64,000 nt of DNA from an uncultured Acidobacteriota bacterium. Lineage in GTDB: Bacteria; Acidobacteriota; UBA6911. The stretch is taken from positions 1-64,000 of the forward strand of contig CAWEJX010000012.1 of the NCBI GenBank assembly GCA_963809485.1, read 5' to 3'. Below, in pieces: positions 22,724 through 33,539 of this stretch; position 1 is the first letter of the stretch; each line of letters begins with the position of its first letter. The position numbers and the translations under genes are program-made. The notes under the pieces were generated by a model. It made no database searches. It was not told the origin of the DNA and saw only the letters and a program-made list of their open reading frames with translations.

Positions 22724-24191
22724 CTTTTGCCAGGTCATCGTAGGTCTCCAGGTCATGAGGAGTAACGGATAGGTTTTCAAGTTCCGGGTGACGCGAGAGG
22801 TCTACCGGAAGCGGAGTTGGCTTTTTGTTGGAACGGCGACGTTGATTGACAATAAAGGCAACGGAAGAAGCCCGTGGAGTTTTGCGTTCGAGAGCTTCAC
22901 AAATGGCAGCCCGAAGCTCTCTGGCTCCATATAGATCCAGAAGAATCAGCAGTTCAGTGGTTTGCCGGCTCGCGGATTCTCCACGCGCAAAGGCCGCTTC
23001 AAGCAATGCCCCGCTTTCGGGAACAGCCAGGGAAAGACGGCTGCCGGGCGTTGAACCGAAAGCCTTACGTTTTTCTTTCAGCAACTCTTCCTGGTGTGCC
23101 GGATCGAGAACCGCTTGTCGGCGGTCATAGCTGCGGCGATGCCGGGCAATCTCCTGGTTGCCGTCAAGGATGCGGATGGTGGATTCCGAAGCGGCAAGCG
23201 TAAGTGGGCGGCCGACGGCGGTCGGTGGAATGGAGTAATCATTCAGATCGAACCGGACGTAAATGGTTTTGCCGGATCGCACAGGGACAAGCAGATCGCT
23301 ATCGAACCGATGAAGAGGCAGCGGCAGTAGCCGTGGCCTCTCTTCCGCAAAGGCCTCCGCAACTGTGCGATGATCGCCTCCAGGCCAGGCACGGCCGTGC
23401 GCTTCGCGGTCCCGCCAGACAAGGGCCTGGCGGTTGAGTTCCTCTACAGTGGTAAACGGCCTCGCGGCGAAGAAGGATTCCCGTATATAACGAATGACTC
23501 TCTCAACACGTCCCTTTTGGTTGCCCGCACGCACCTGGCAGGGGCGGGCGGCAAAATGATAATGGGCGCTCAGTTCCAGTAGTCTGGGATGAAAATGGAT
23601 AGCGTCCCCATGCCGTTCCAGCACGACACTGCGAAGATTGTCGTATAGCAGGACCCTGGGAATCCCATGCCAGTCTTCGAAAGCATGGATATGACCGCGC
23701 AGAAAACTCTCCATGCGCTGGTCGAAGAAGAACTCGAGATAAAGCGCCCGGGAATAGGAAAGTGTGATCACAAAACAGGAAAGCCGGCGGCGGGCGCGGC
23801 CAACAGGGACTTCCCCAAAATGCGCCCAGTCCACTTGTCCTTGCTCAGCGGGGAAAGTGGTCAGGCGAAGAAACGCTTCCCTGGGAGTTGGACGTATCCG
23901 GGCAATAAATCGCCGCAATTGCACGACGCTGCCATTGAAGCCGCGGTCCCGGATCATCTGATAAATCCGGGTTGCCCGTAAATGCGGATGCTTGGTCAGT
24001 ATTTCTCGAATGAAGTCGGCATAGGGATCTGCCGCATTCCGTGGCGTTTTGGTCCCATTAAACCGATCGGTTTCCACGGCAGCGCTGACTGTTTCAGGAT
24101 GCAACCCCAACTCACGTGCAATGGTTCCGATTTTCCAGTGTTCTGCATAAAACAAGTGGCGAATCTGTGCGCGCGTTTCCTGGTCTATCAT
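22701..24191 (-). CDS. istA: IS21 transposase
   Basis: N-terminal HTH, QGQVDW, LSYSR, LYDNLRS, KGRVER DDE motifs. Confidence 0.93.
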   Translation of the reverse strand: MIDQETRAQIRHLFYAEHWKIGTIARELGLHPETVSAAVETDRFNGTKTPRNAADPYADFIREILTKHPHLRATRIYQMIRDRGFNGSVVQLRRFIARIRPTPREAFLRLTTFPAEQGQVDWAHFGEVPVGRARRRLSCFVITLSYSRALYLEFFFDQRMESFLRGHIHAFEDWHGIPRVLLYDNLRSVVLERHGDAIHFHPRLLELSAHYHFAARPCQVRAGNQKGRVERVIRYIRESFFAARPFTTVEELNRQALVWRDREAHGRAWPGGDHRTVAEAFAEERPRLLPLPLHRFDSDLLVPVRSGKTIYVRFDLNDYSIPPTAVGRPLTLAASESTIRILDGNQEIARHRRSYDRRQAVLDPAHQEELLKEKRKAFGSTPGSRLSLAVPESGALLEAAFARGESASRQTTELLILLDLYGARELRAAICEALERKTPRASSVAFIVNQRRRSNKKPTPLPVDLSRHPELENLSVTPHDLETYDDLAKDDDPDEQ

Positions 24192-24196
24192 TTAGA

Positions 24197-24613
24197 TCAC
24201 TTCCTTAGCTGAAAAGGATTCACAAACCGGCCCGGCCGGCCGCAGATAACGCAGCAAGGAACTCCAGGCTCGGTCTTTTTGCCGCTATTTCCGGTGAAAG
24301 CTGCCAGATGGAATACCGGCGCGATGATGCTGCCAGCATTCAGAGGCTTCCGGGAACCTTGATCCATAACGGAAAGTGCGGCACGACGCCGGCGGTAGGC
24401 TCGCTGCCGGTCTCGTTGATCCAGTCTGCCTTCCTGAGTTTTTCTGTGGCGGAGGTTCGCAGCTCGACGCTGCTCTCGGCGGGCTTTGGTGCGGCAATGC
24501 TCGCTGCAATATTGCTGGCCATGATCACAGCGGCGGCAGATCCAGAAGATGGCGTTACATTCTTTCCAGCGGCAAAACCTTTGACGGAGAACAACTTCGG
24601 CATCGTGTCGCAT
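24197..24613 (-). CDS. Cys-rich, Arg-rich putative zinc-binding accessory protein of the IS21 element
   Basis: CRWKEC..ICRRC..YCSEHC, basic helix, C-terminal CCVICG. Confidence 0.7.
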   Translation of the reverse strand: MRHDAEVVLRQRFCRWKECNAIFWICRRCDHGQQYCSEHCRTKARREQRRAANLRHRKTQEGRLDQRDRQRAYRRRRAALSVMDQGSRKPLNAGSIIAPVFHLAAFTGNSGKKTEPGVPCCVICGRPGRFVNPFQLRK

Positions 24614-24904
24614 TCTCACCCGAAGGCGAGACTGGACAATCCATGCCGATCATGTCAGCTTAATGACGGCTGTTTAGAGCCCTCTCAACCGAGAGGTATT
24701 GCCAATGGACCCCGGTCGCGGACACGATCGGGGTCTCCTCTTGCTCAACCTTCCGCAAAACTTTACACGATGATGATGACGGACTGCACGCCTTCGGCGT
24801 GGATGATGTTGAGGTGTTTATTCCGGCGGGTGTTTAAATAAATACGTTTTTAGATGATCGATGACATTCCCGAAAAAAACGCTCATAATTAGGTTGCCTG
24901 CACA

Positions 24905-25146
24905 GTTAGGTCATGCCAGCATTCAGAGCACTGAGATCTACACTCAGGCCGATCCGACCGATAAGTTGGGGGCTTTGGAAGCGCTGACGCCACCGAACTT
25001 GCGCCGGGGCCGTTTTAAGCCTCCCGACAAGCTGATGGCTCTTCTCAAGAAAGCCTGACATCCATTATGCGGAGCCCGATGTTGTCCTCAGCGCCGTTTG
25101 GCGGTGCAAACCAGCACTACTTTGCATAACCTTGGACTCCGCATAA
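24905..25146 (+). mobile_element. RIT-like (recombinase-in-trio) element end: recombinase C-terminus plus terminal repeat
   Basis: LGHASIQSTEIYTQADPTDK..GRFKPPDKLMALLK*, then inverted ttatgcggag ... ctccgcataa. Confidence 0.6.
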
Positions 25147-25380
25147 GAGCGGAACACGCAGCCAGGTTCGCTGTACCGGGCATTGCTTTCTTGGGGTGGG
25201 TCAAATCTGCCTGGCGGCCCCGGGTCATTTTTGCCGAGCGCCGAAGCTTAAAGCTCTTTGGGTGAGACAAATAGGAAAATGTCGCGTTTTCGGTGGGCAA
25301 GTTTAATTATTTTGCGTTCCTATACATGGGAGTATGGGAATCTTTAATCTTAGTAGGCGTCATATGGTTCTGGGGGAGTC

Positions 25381-26163
25381 ATGCTTAAAGAAATGCAGGC
25401 ACTTGTATATCATCTATTAGGGTACTTACTCCCCGGCATGATCATTCTTTCTGCAATGATTTTATTGTTCTGGACCCTTTTTTGGCCGACGCTGCCCCTT
25501 CAGCTGCCGGGAAACATGCAGGTCCTGCCGTTGATTGCTTTGCTTCTCCTGGCTTATCCGGCAGGGTATTTGGGGCAGGCGATGAGCAGTTTTCTGGAAA
25601 AGTTCCCGAAACCCAAACAGGTATTTCAGGGAAGCCTCCCCCTTTATCCTGAATTGTATCCGCTCTTTCGTCGCGCGGTGGCTCGACGTTTTGGCGAAAG
25701 TACTAAGTTGCTTACGCCCAAAGAGCTCTATGAACTCTGCAACCAGGTCCTAATCATCCATGGTACCGAACGAGGGCGCGAAATTTACATTTGGAGAGAG
25801 AGCTTTTATCGAAGCAATGCGGTTGCCTTTTTTCTGCTTACACTATCGTTGACAATCCGGCTAATGGGGGCTGACGTTTTTCTGATATTCGCTAACATGA
25901 AAATGGAGATCGGTAAGGGAGGCTTGGCATTGGCAGCCCTTATTACCGCGCTGGGGACATGGGCGGCCTACCGTAGATATGTGACATTCTGTCGATACAG
26001 GTTATCAAGCTGTTTCCTGAGATACCTTGCCGTTGTTACTGAGGCGCCGGGCAATAGCGAGGGTAACTCGGCCTCGCTAGGATCCCCGCCTTCCGATATT
26101 ATGGAAACCTTTTCGACAAATGAAAGGAGAAGATCGGGAAGCCGACGTGTTTCGCTGCCTTGA
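25381..26163 (+). CDS. Hypothetical multi-TM membrane protein
   Basis: RBS gggag, about four hydrophobic segments, N-terminal YHLLGYLLPG. Confidence 0.65.
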   Translation: MLKEMQALVYHLLGYLLPGMIILSAMILLFWTLFWPTLPLQLPGNMQVLPLIALLLLAYPAGYLGQAMSSFLEKFPKPKQVFQGSLPLYPELYPLFRRAVARRFGESTKLLTPKELYELCNQVLIIHGTERGREIYIWRESFYRSNAVAFFLLTLSLTIRLMGADVFLIFANMKMEIGKGGLALAALITALGTWAAYRRYVTFCRYRLSSCFLRYLAVVTEAPGNSEGNSASLGSPPSDIMETFSTNERRRSGSRRVSLP

Positions 26164-26432
26164 GCTCCTTTATTCAATTCATAAACCTCATATAGGGTAT
26201 TAGATCCCTAAAAATCCCAAACCTTTTGCGCACTACAGAAACCTACTTTAGGCTCTATGAGGCAATAGCCCATGGATCTTCTTTGTGGAACCATGTCCAA
26301 ATTGGCGCCCGCCTCCGCAATATCTGAAGGTAGAAATGAAAAGCAATCTGTTTCATGATCTGCAGAATAGGGACACTGGATGGTTGCTGCCCACGTCCGG
26401 CATAGTAGCAAAGAACTCCTTTTTACATACTA

Positions 26433-26633
26433 TTAATGCAGATAGACGGATGTATCTGATTGAGCCCGCAGCAGTTTCTTGAAGATCAGAAAACTTGCCC
26501 GGCAATATTCACATTCTGCAAGGTGATCGGCAAAAAGGCTCATAATTTCAGGGCTTAGCCTGTCCCTGTGAGCCTCATAGCACAAAAGGCCCAGCAATAC
26601 CTCCGTGCAATTCCAAAGGTCGAGGCAATTCAT
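26433..26633 (-). CDS. Small zf-HC2 (ZAS anti-sigma-like) protein
   Basis: RBS ggagg, NCTEV...DHLAECEYCR (HxxxCxxC), 66 aa. Confidence 0.6.
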   Translation of the reverse strand: MNCLDLWNCTEVLLGLLCYEAHRDRLSPEIMSLFADHLAECEYCRASFLIFKKLLRAQSDTSVYLH

Positions 26634-27316
26634 ATAAAAATCCTCCAGCCAGCCCATTGTTTTCATAAAGACAAGGCGTAGAAGCCTCTCATGCAAAAGA
26701 CGAATCCCGGACCTTCCATTGAAAATGCAACTTATGCACGAATACAAAGGCGCAAGGCAACCCCGTCGAGCCTGGCATTTGCACAATCCTTATGCACGCG
26801 GCTTGGCGTTCCTTCAGGAATTGACGTTTTCGCGAAATCTCAATGGATCTTTCGGAAAATCAAGTAATGATTGTCCGGAAATCACTTCGTTCTCAAACGC
26901 CCGCTGTACACCATACATAAACGCAAATGCGAATCCTTTGCCCACCGAAATCTTTAGCATGACGGTTTCCCCGCGGGCAGAGCGATACATGCCCGTCTCA
27001 AGGCAAAGATTCACGGCACAGGCAGGAATGTTTCCATATCGTATCAGGCACCGTAAGCTCTTCTCCCTGATATTCAGTCAATTCGTGCAGGAACCAGCGA
27101 GAATATTGCAGATGGCCTGAAAAGAAGCTACCGCAGAAAGCAACTGCCGAAGATTGCACAGACTCATGGTCGTGCAAGTCTTTGGATCGTAGAGTTGAGG
27201 AGATAGTGGTTTGGATCCGGAGAGCCCGAACCAGGCAATCCGAGAGGATAAACTTAGGTTTAGGTCTGGAGGGCATTTGGAGCTATGAAACAGCAGACGA
27301 AGATATTAGAATCAGG

Positions 27317-28036
27317 ATGGGAATGAAAGGAACGCCCTCCCGTACGATGGATGCGAGAACCATTGACTCCATTACTTTAGCATCTCTCTGCGCCCATAAT
27401 CCGCAGGATACTGAACTCTGGTCGGAGTTTCTGCGGCGGTTTTCTCCGAGGATCAATTCTTTCATCCAGGCAACGCTTAAACAATACGCGGGATGGGCAA
27501 GCAACCTCAGCGATTGCCTCGATTCCGGCCAAGGATCGTCGGATATATTCCAAAATACGCTTTTGCGTTTGGTTCAAAATCAGTGCGCAGCCCTTAAGCG
27601 CTTTTCGGGAACAACAGAAACGGACCTCATAGCATACTTTGTAGTCATAGCACGGTCCGCAGTCAGGGATTCCATACGCCGGAAGTCTGCCAAAAGGCGA
27701 TTCCACTGGTTTGCAGAGTTCCCCTCTGCACGCAGCCCGAAGCATGAAAAAGCAGGCTTTGCCGATGCGTGTGTCATTGAGGATCCTATTGACCGCCACG
27801 TTCTTGCAGCTGAGGTTGAGCAGCTTTCCCTGGAAACAATCCGAGCTGAATCCGATGAGCCCGACCGTGATGCACTAATATTCCAGCTTTACTTTATGGA
27901 CGGGCTTTCTATCGCTCAGATAGCATCCTGCAAAGGGATTGGATTGTCGAAGACAGGTGTGGAAAAAATGTTGAATCGGCTAAAAGAGAAAGTCCGAAAT
28001 CGAGCGGATATATATGCTGCCGGGGCCCGGTCATGA
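27317..28036 (+). CDS. ECF-type RNA polymerase sigma factor
   Basis: Region 2 (WSEFLRRF..DIFQNTLLRL..YFVVIARSAVRDSIRR) and region 4 (IFQLYFMDGLSIAQIA..VEKMLNRLKEK). Confidence 0.85.
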   Translation: MGMKGTPSRTMDARTIDSITLASLCAHNPQDTELWSEFLRRFSPRINSFIQATLKQYAGWASNLSDCLDSGQGSSDIFQNTLLRLVQNQCAALKRFSGTTETDLIAYFVVIARSAVRDSIRRKSAKRRFHWFAEFPSARSPKHEKAGFADACVIEDPIDRHVLAAEVEQLSLETIRAESDEPDRDALIFQLYFMDGLSIAQIASCKGIGLSKTGVEKMLNRLKEKVRNRADIYAAGARS

Positions 28037-31000
28037 AAACAAATGAAAAGGATATCTGTCTTGGATGGGAAGAATTCTACAATTATCTGACTGGGGCGCC
28101 GGATGACCGGCCAGACTCAAATATCGAAGCCCATCTGTCAGCTTGCCCAAGATGCCGAAAAGAACTTGCAGAGCTCCTACGTCTGTTGAATCCGGAGGCA
28201 GATAGGCCCTCTACAATCGCACAAGCCCCATCCCACCAAGAAATTCATAATACTTTGTCCTATATCCAAACTGTTGCCCGGCACGAGTCCAAAGCCAAAA
28301 AGATGTATCGCTGGGGCTCCATTGCCGCTGCAATCCTACTCGCAGTGGGGCTTGGTTCCTCTCTATCACTCTTTGTTTATGTCAGGGTGAGATCCCAAAT
28401 CCTGTGCAATCAAGCTCGATCGTTTGTGCAGGAAGTCTATGAAGCGCGGAGTCCGAGCGATCTTCGTTTGGATCTGCCTTTTAAAGCCGCGGCGACGCGA
28501 AGAAACAGTCCGGACTTTGAGGAAGCGTACACAAAAGCTGAAGTGCTTTTCAACCAAGCGTTAGGAGTTCGAAGCAGCATGAGTGAGGCGTTGTTGGGAC
28601 TGGGCTACATTGATCTGCAGAAAAACAGGTTTCAGAAAGCCGAAAAGCAATTTCAGATGATCCTTAATGTACAACCCAACAATCTCCAAGCCATGCTCGG
28701 CCGCGGAGTGAGTCGTTTCGAAGAGGGTTTGGCTTCCGAGGATTATACGGCACGGGATAACTACCTGCGGGGAGCGCTGATGGATTTCGAGAACGTGCTC
28801 AAGCGGAATGCCATGTCCGCCGAAGCCCAATATAACAGAATTCAGGTTTTGTATAATACGGGGCGCCAAAAGGAGGCCCTGGAGGAAATTGAAAGATACC
28901 TTTCTCGCGATCCCAATTCTATTTGGGCTTTAAAGCTCCGGGATCTCAAACTCCGCATTCAATTAAGCCGTTCGGAATTTCTGAACAGCGAGATCAATCG
29001 GGCGGCCATGGCTCGGGATTCTCGAATCCTCGAAAACCTTTTACGCTTTATGGGAGGGAAAGTCACCACCGTCATCATCTCGCTTCTTAGAAGAGCCCTC
29101 GCCCTTGAAAATATAGCGGAAGCAGGGATGCCTGATTCAGAGGACCTGCAATGGACCGCTGGAGCACTGGCATCTTTATATCAGACCGTCACCGCAGATT
29201 CCTGTGTTGCAAGCGGGTTTAGGTTTTATGCCGGCCTGTCCCCTCCCCAAAGGACCTTCAAAATAAATCTCGATGCCCGCCTTGAAAAGCTTATCCGTGC
29301 CTTCGAAATGAACGATTTCCAAACCCCTCTCAGCAAGAGCGAATATCTAATCCAAGATTTTGCAGCCCTTAAAGATCATTGGCAACTGGCAAGGACCTAT
29401 CAGCTGCGCGGAAACTGCTTTTTCTACGGGGAAACAGATTTCGTCAAAGCAACGGCGGAATTCCAACAAATGATGCGGCATTCTGAACTCGCGCAGGATC
29501 CTGATCTTATGGCGAGGTCACTAGGAGCGTTATCTTCCTCCCATATCGAACAACTTCAATACGGAGAAGCCCTACAAAATCTTACAAGAATGAAGGACTT
29601 GGCTCAACGATATGCCATGGATTCATGGAACGCATTTGCATGCAACATTATGGGCAACATATATCTCAGACTCGGGCAACTGGAAAAAAGCCAACTTGAA
29701 TATCTGTCGGGTTTGAAGCTGGCCTATCGACTAATGGATCCCGACATACTCCTGCAAACGATGGAAAATCTGGCTGTTGTCTCGGAGCGTAAAGAGCGGT
29801 TCATCGAGGCAAGAGATCTATACAGTCAATCAGAGAAATGGCTGCAGACATCTCTGAGCGAGGGAACGTTGCCCTGGGATTCCAAAACTCAAGCACGCCG
29901 CCTAAATCTTCTGTATAAGCAGGGACAGCTTGCCCTGCGGCTGGAAGATGGAGCATTGGCAAAGAAATATTTTCAGGAGGCGCTGGCCGGTCAACCGGGC
30001 GGAATGCGAGAATTGGAAGCCAGAAATCGACTCGGACTTGCTCTTGCGCTTATCCGTGAAAAGAATCAAAGCGAAGCCGAAATCGAGTTGCGGGAAGCGC
30101 GCATGTTGGCTTTGAAAAATAGCTATCCAGATATTCTGTGGCAGGTTGAATCCATGCAGGGTTTTGTTCTTGAACAGCGCAAAGACGTTGCAGGCGCAAT
30201 CAGGAGCTATAAGAAAGCGGCGGAAATCCTTGAGAAAATGAAGGATAATGTTCCATCCATAGATCTTCTGCAAACTTTCTTTAGCCACCGCTATGATCCC
30301 CATCGAAAAGTAGTATCCCTGCTATACTCGTCGATGAACGATGCTCAGCAGGCCATGGTATATGCAGACCGGGCCAAGGCCATGGCTCTGCGGGAGAGTC
30401 TCGCACGGAACCCATACCGTACCAAAGCAGAACAGTTGCCGTCAGCGCCAATATTCCGTCTGGATCCTTTAGAGCCCCTGCCGAAAAATATCGCTATCCT
30501 TGAATACTTTTTATCCCTCGATGAAATCATCATTTTTGTGTCCGGATCCGCCCGAACTGATACTGTTTCTGTTCGAATGCCTTTGGACGAGCTGGAGGTC
30601 CTTACGCAGCAATATGTGGAAGCCATACGGAATAATACTGATCCTTCCTTTAAAGAATTATCGCGGAAGTTATACCAAATACTAATACGCCCCGTGCTGC
30701 CGTGGCTGGAATCCCATGTATTTGACACTCTCGTCGTGCTTCCGGACGGTCCGCTGCACCGGATCCCCTTTCATTGCCTCATGGATTCCAAGGGAAATCA
30801 TCTGTTGAAGAGCTATGCCGTATCCTATGCTCCTTCACGCAGCATACTGACTTACATTCTCAAAACAAGTCCTGACAGGAGAATCAGCCGCAACAGCTCG
30901 ATTTTATTGCTCGATGGGAGTTCCAACCTCCCCGGGGCGAGCGGGGAATTAGCAGGCCTCTCCAACCTTTATTCCAGAAATAGGCTATGGAAGCCCGTGA

Positions 31001-31464
31001 ATGCAAATGCCACCGCGCCTGAAATCGGGCACTACGATATGATCCATTTCTCCGGCCATGCCAGCCTCCAGGGGGGCCAACCCCGCCTAGTTTTCAAAAC
31101 CGCCGAGGGCGAAACTTACCTCGATGCATCCCTCATGCGCAAATGGAATCTTAAGAACAGCCTTTTGGTAACCCTGGCCGGTTGTAATACAGGTATCGGC
31201 CCGATTTTCGACGGAGAGACGCCATGGGGTTTGGTCCCTGGGCTCCTAAGCGCTGGATGCCCATCCATCCTGGTGAGCCTATTCCCTGTCGAGGATGCCG
31301 CAACAGGCAAATTGACTCTTCGCTTTTATGAGCTGCTGGCACAGGGGTCGCGATCCAAAGCCCAGTGCCTCCGAATAGCCCAGTTGGAACAGCTTGAATC
31401 GGCAGCAACCGACAGCTCGCCCATGTCCTGGTGCCCGTTCGTTCTGATAGGCGATCCCCGATAG
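28033..31464 (+). CDS. zf-HC2 anti-sigma / TM / TPR / CHAT (caspase-like protease) fusion
   Basis: EAHLSACPRC, TM IAAAILLAVGLGSSLSLFVYV, TPR repeats, VLPDGPLHRIPF, catalytic IHFSGHA and VTLAGCNTG, WCPFVLIGD; ATGA overlap with the sigma gene. Confidence 0.92.
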   Translation: MKTNEKDICLGWEEFYNYLTGAPDDRPDSNIEAHLSACPRCRKELAELLRLLNPEADRPSTIAQAPSHQEIHNTLSYIQTVARHESKAKKMYRWGSIAAAILLAVGLGSSLSLFVYVRVRSQILCNQARSFVQEVYEARSPSDLRLDLPFKAAATRRNSPDFEEAYTKAEVLFNQALGVRSSMSEALLGLGYIDLQKNRFQKAEKQFQMILNVQPNNLQAMLGRGVSRFEEGLASEDYTARDNYLRGALMDFENVLKRNAMSAEAQYNRIQVLYNTGRQKEALEEIERYLSRDPNSIWALKLRDLKLRIQLSRSEFLNSEINRAAMARDSRILENLLRFMGGKVTTVIISLLRRALALENIAEAGMPDSEDLQWTAGALASLYQTVTADSCVASGFRFYAGLSPPQRTFKINLDARLEKLIRAFEMNDFQTPLSKSEYLIQDFAALKDHWQLARTYQLRGNCFFYGETDFVKATAEFQQMMRHSELAQDPDLMARSLGALSSSHIEQLQYGEALQNLTRMKDLAQRYAMDSWNAFACNIMGNIYLRLGQLEKSQLEYLSGLKLAYRLMDPDILLQTMENLAVVSERKERFIEARDLYSQSEKWLQTSLSEGTLPWDSKTQARRLNLLYKQGQLALRLEDGALAKKYFQEALAGQPGGMRELEARNRLGLALALIREKNQSEAEIELREARMLALKNSYPDILWQVESMQGFVLEQRKDVAGAIRSYKKAAEILEKMKDNVPSIDLLQTFFSHRYDPHRKVVSLLYSSMNDAQQAMVYADRAKAMALRESLARNPYRTKAEQLPSAPIFRLDPLEPLPKNIAILEYFLSLDEIIIFVSGSARTDTVSVRMPLDELEVLTQQYVEAIRNNTDPSFKELSRKLYQILIRPVLPWLESHVFDTLVVLPDGPLHRIPFHCLMDSKGNHLLKSYAVSYAPSRSILTYILKTSPDRRISRNSSILLLDGSSNLPGASGELAGLSNLYSRNRLWKPVNANATAPEIGHYDMIHFSGHASLQGGQPRLVFKTAEGETYLDASLMRKWNLKNSLLVTLAGCNTGIGPIFDGETPWGLVPGLLSAGCPSILVSLFPVEDAATGKLTLRFYELLAQGSRSKAQCLRIAQLEQLESAATDSSPMSWCPFVLIGDPR

Positions 31465-31825
31465 CTTTGAACTCCTCATGGTTTTTGGGCAGCCATGAGC
31501 AGTCGACAAGCAAAGGCTGAAGGCTCTCCTATCGGCATTTTGCACACATGCGGGACGGCGATAAATAGCATCAGGGAGATTGGCAGCGGCAAGTGCGTGC
31601 GGATCCGACACCGCAACAGAGATCCCTATAATACGCATCTGGATTCCACATATACTAACAAAAACCTCCGCCCCCGGTGGCTGAATCCCAGGTTTTTGCG
31701 TTTTTATAGATGTGCGCACAAGAAACCGTTCCTGACTGAATGACGGTTTCCAAACCTGGGTGTGTCCATCCAAATAATCCATCGGGCGGTCGATCTATTT
31801 GCCCGAACAATTTAAAGGAGAAGTT

Positions 31826-32299
31826 ATGAAAAAGCTGGAAGTGTGCTCGATCGCGCTTTTCTTAGTGTTGCTTCTGGTTCCGGCCACCATGACAGCCCAA
31901 GACACCACACCTCCCCGATGCTGTCCAAGAACAACGGGGATCATTGAGCCTATTGAAGAAGAGAGTGGTCCTTTGCTCCAGGCCGAATTCACAATATCGG
32001 ATTCGATGCTCAAATCGCATTATCTCAGTCGGCTTCAGGTAATCGAATGGCTTGCTGAAAGCCTGTTTCCCGGCAAAAACGTTGAGGTAATAGTATCTTC
32101 CAGGATCCCGCTTGACGCACCCATCCTGGATACGGTCATAGAAACGGATACTCTAAGTCTGATGGCTGTCGAAACAACCTATTTCTACAGGCTATCGATA
32201 AGTGCTATCAGCGCGGAAGACATAGATCAGCTGGACCAGGTCGGACTGACCGACGGTGCCACGTATATCAACATAATATTTGCAGGTACGGAGCCCTAG
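31826..32299 (+). CDS. Secreted hypothetical protein
   Basis: RBS aaggag; signal peptide MKKLEVCSIALFLVLLLVPATMTA, then QDTTPPRCCPR. Confidence 0.75.
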   Translation: MKKLEVCSIALFLVLLLVPATMTAQDTTPPRCCPRTTGIIEPIEEESGPLLQAEFTISDSMLKSHYLSRLQVIEWLAESLFPGKNVEVIVSSRIPLDAPILDTVIETDTLSLMAVETTYFYRLSISAISAEDIDQLDQVGLTDGATYINIIFAGTEP

Positions 32300-32754
32300 G
32301 AGGCTTGCCAGGCCGCAAAGATCCAGCGCATGCCTCCCGCTCTCCCGCATTCTAAGCCTTTTCTGGGAAAGTCCTGGAGATGCTGCAGCCCGATGTCACA
32401 GCCCGGAGCATCAGGTTTGGAAAAGAAGATAAGCAATGGTCTAACGATGGATCAAGGGATATTTCAGGGCAAGGCCCTTTGCGGAGAAAGATTTGTACAG
32501 ATGAATGGCACCTTGTTGTTTTTGTTGGCCACTTTGCCGGAAATTAATGGAAACGCCGATATGTCTTAAGAGTGCATCGAAGGACTTTATCAAGAAATAG
32601 CCAGCCTGGCATTCGTGGGATGAAAATAGCCAGCCTTTGTATTGTCTTTCGCAATTGCAGTGATGTATGCGCCGAGCGCGGCATCCGAGGGGCTGGGGGG
32701 ATAGAGTCTCTATCTATGACTTCTTTGCATTTTGCAAAGAAGTTTTTCTTCCCT

Positions 32755-32979
32755 TTTAGGATCACAGAATTGCTGGGATATGATCCACTTCTGGAGCCGG
32801 AATCCCTCCCGGAAAGATTGAAAACGTACCGTTTACGGCTTGGCCTGTTGCAGAGGAAATTGGCAATCAAAATAGGAATCGATCCAGGGACGATCGGGGG
32901 ATGGGAGCAAGGGAAGAAAAAGCCGATGAAGCACTATCGAAAAATCCTGGACCAGCACTTAAATGCTAGAATCCAATAG
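32755..32979 (+). pseudogene. XRE-family HTH regulator fragment
   Basis: LLGYDP..SLPERLKTYRLRLGLLQRKLAIKIGIDPGTIGGWEQGK; no credible start. Confidence 0.65.
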
Positions 32980-33539
32980 CTTCGCAGATGTTGGCAAGGA
33001 AGAAATTTTTGGGCTGGAAGCCGATAGCCTAACTCCAGCAAACAGAAGCCGTATTCCTCTTCACATAGTCACAGAACCCACGTATTTCATCAATTGTTCC
33101 TTTCTGCTCATCCTATGGACGAATCATCAATATATCAGCGAACAGGTTGGCGCGGACATAAGCTTCCGGCGAGAGCGCGTGGCAGAAGCGGGCAAATTGA
33201 ACTCCGCAAAAGAGCATTGTCGGCATCCAAGGAATGTGTGTGAACTTGGCTGAAAACAACAACTGCAAGTAAGGCACGCTGGCTATGAAATATCCTCGTG
33301 CATCGGATTGCATTGGAATCCAAATACGGACACCATAGCCAATCTCTGTGTCATAAATTGTCAATTACACGAAAATGGTGTGGCTTCTTAGAGGCTATCC
33401 AATTCTACAACAACAGCTACCAACAATAAACTCTAGCGCAGATGTTCTTCCCATGAATCCCTTTATGACATTTTCGGTGGGCATTTTCAGCTTATTTGCG
33501 TTTCTTAATAATGTGAAGCAATTGTCAGGAGGAAAAGCT

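Larger units (their letters stand above)
21556..24866 (-). mobile_element. IS21-family element with two accessory ORFs
   Basis: TG...CA terminal IRs: tgttgccgatcatttaaaaacgtatttttttgaacacacgccgg versus rc tgtcatcgatcatctaaaaacgtatttatttaaacacccgccgg; istA-istB inside; no target duplication seen. Confidence 0.88.

Noticed and set aside
31570-31670. 26-aa Cys-rich minus-strand peptide (MWNPDAYYRDLCCG...) after GGAGG near the CHAT gene
   Set aside because: Too short to support without conservation data; the spacing to the RBS is long
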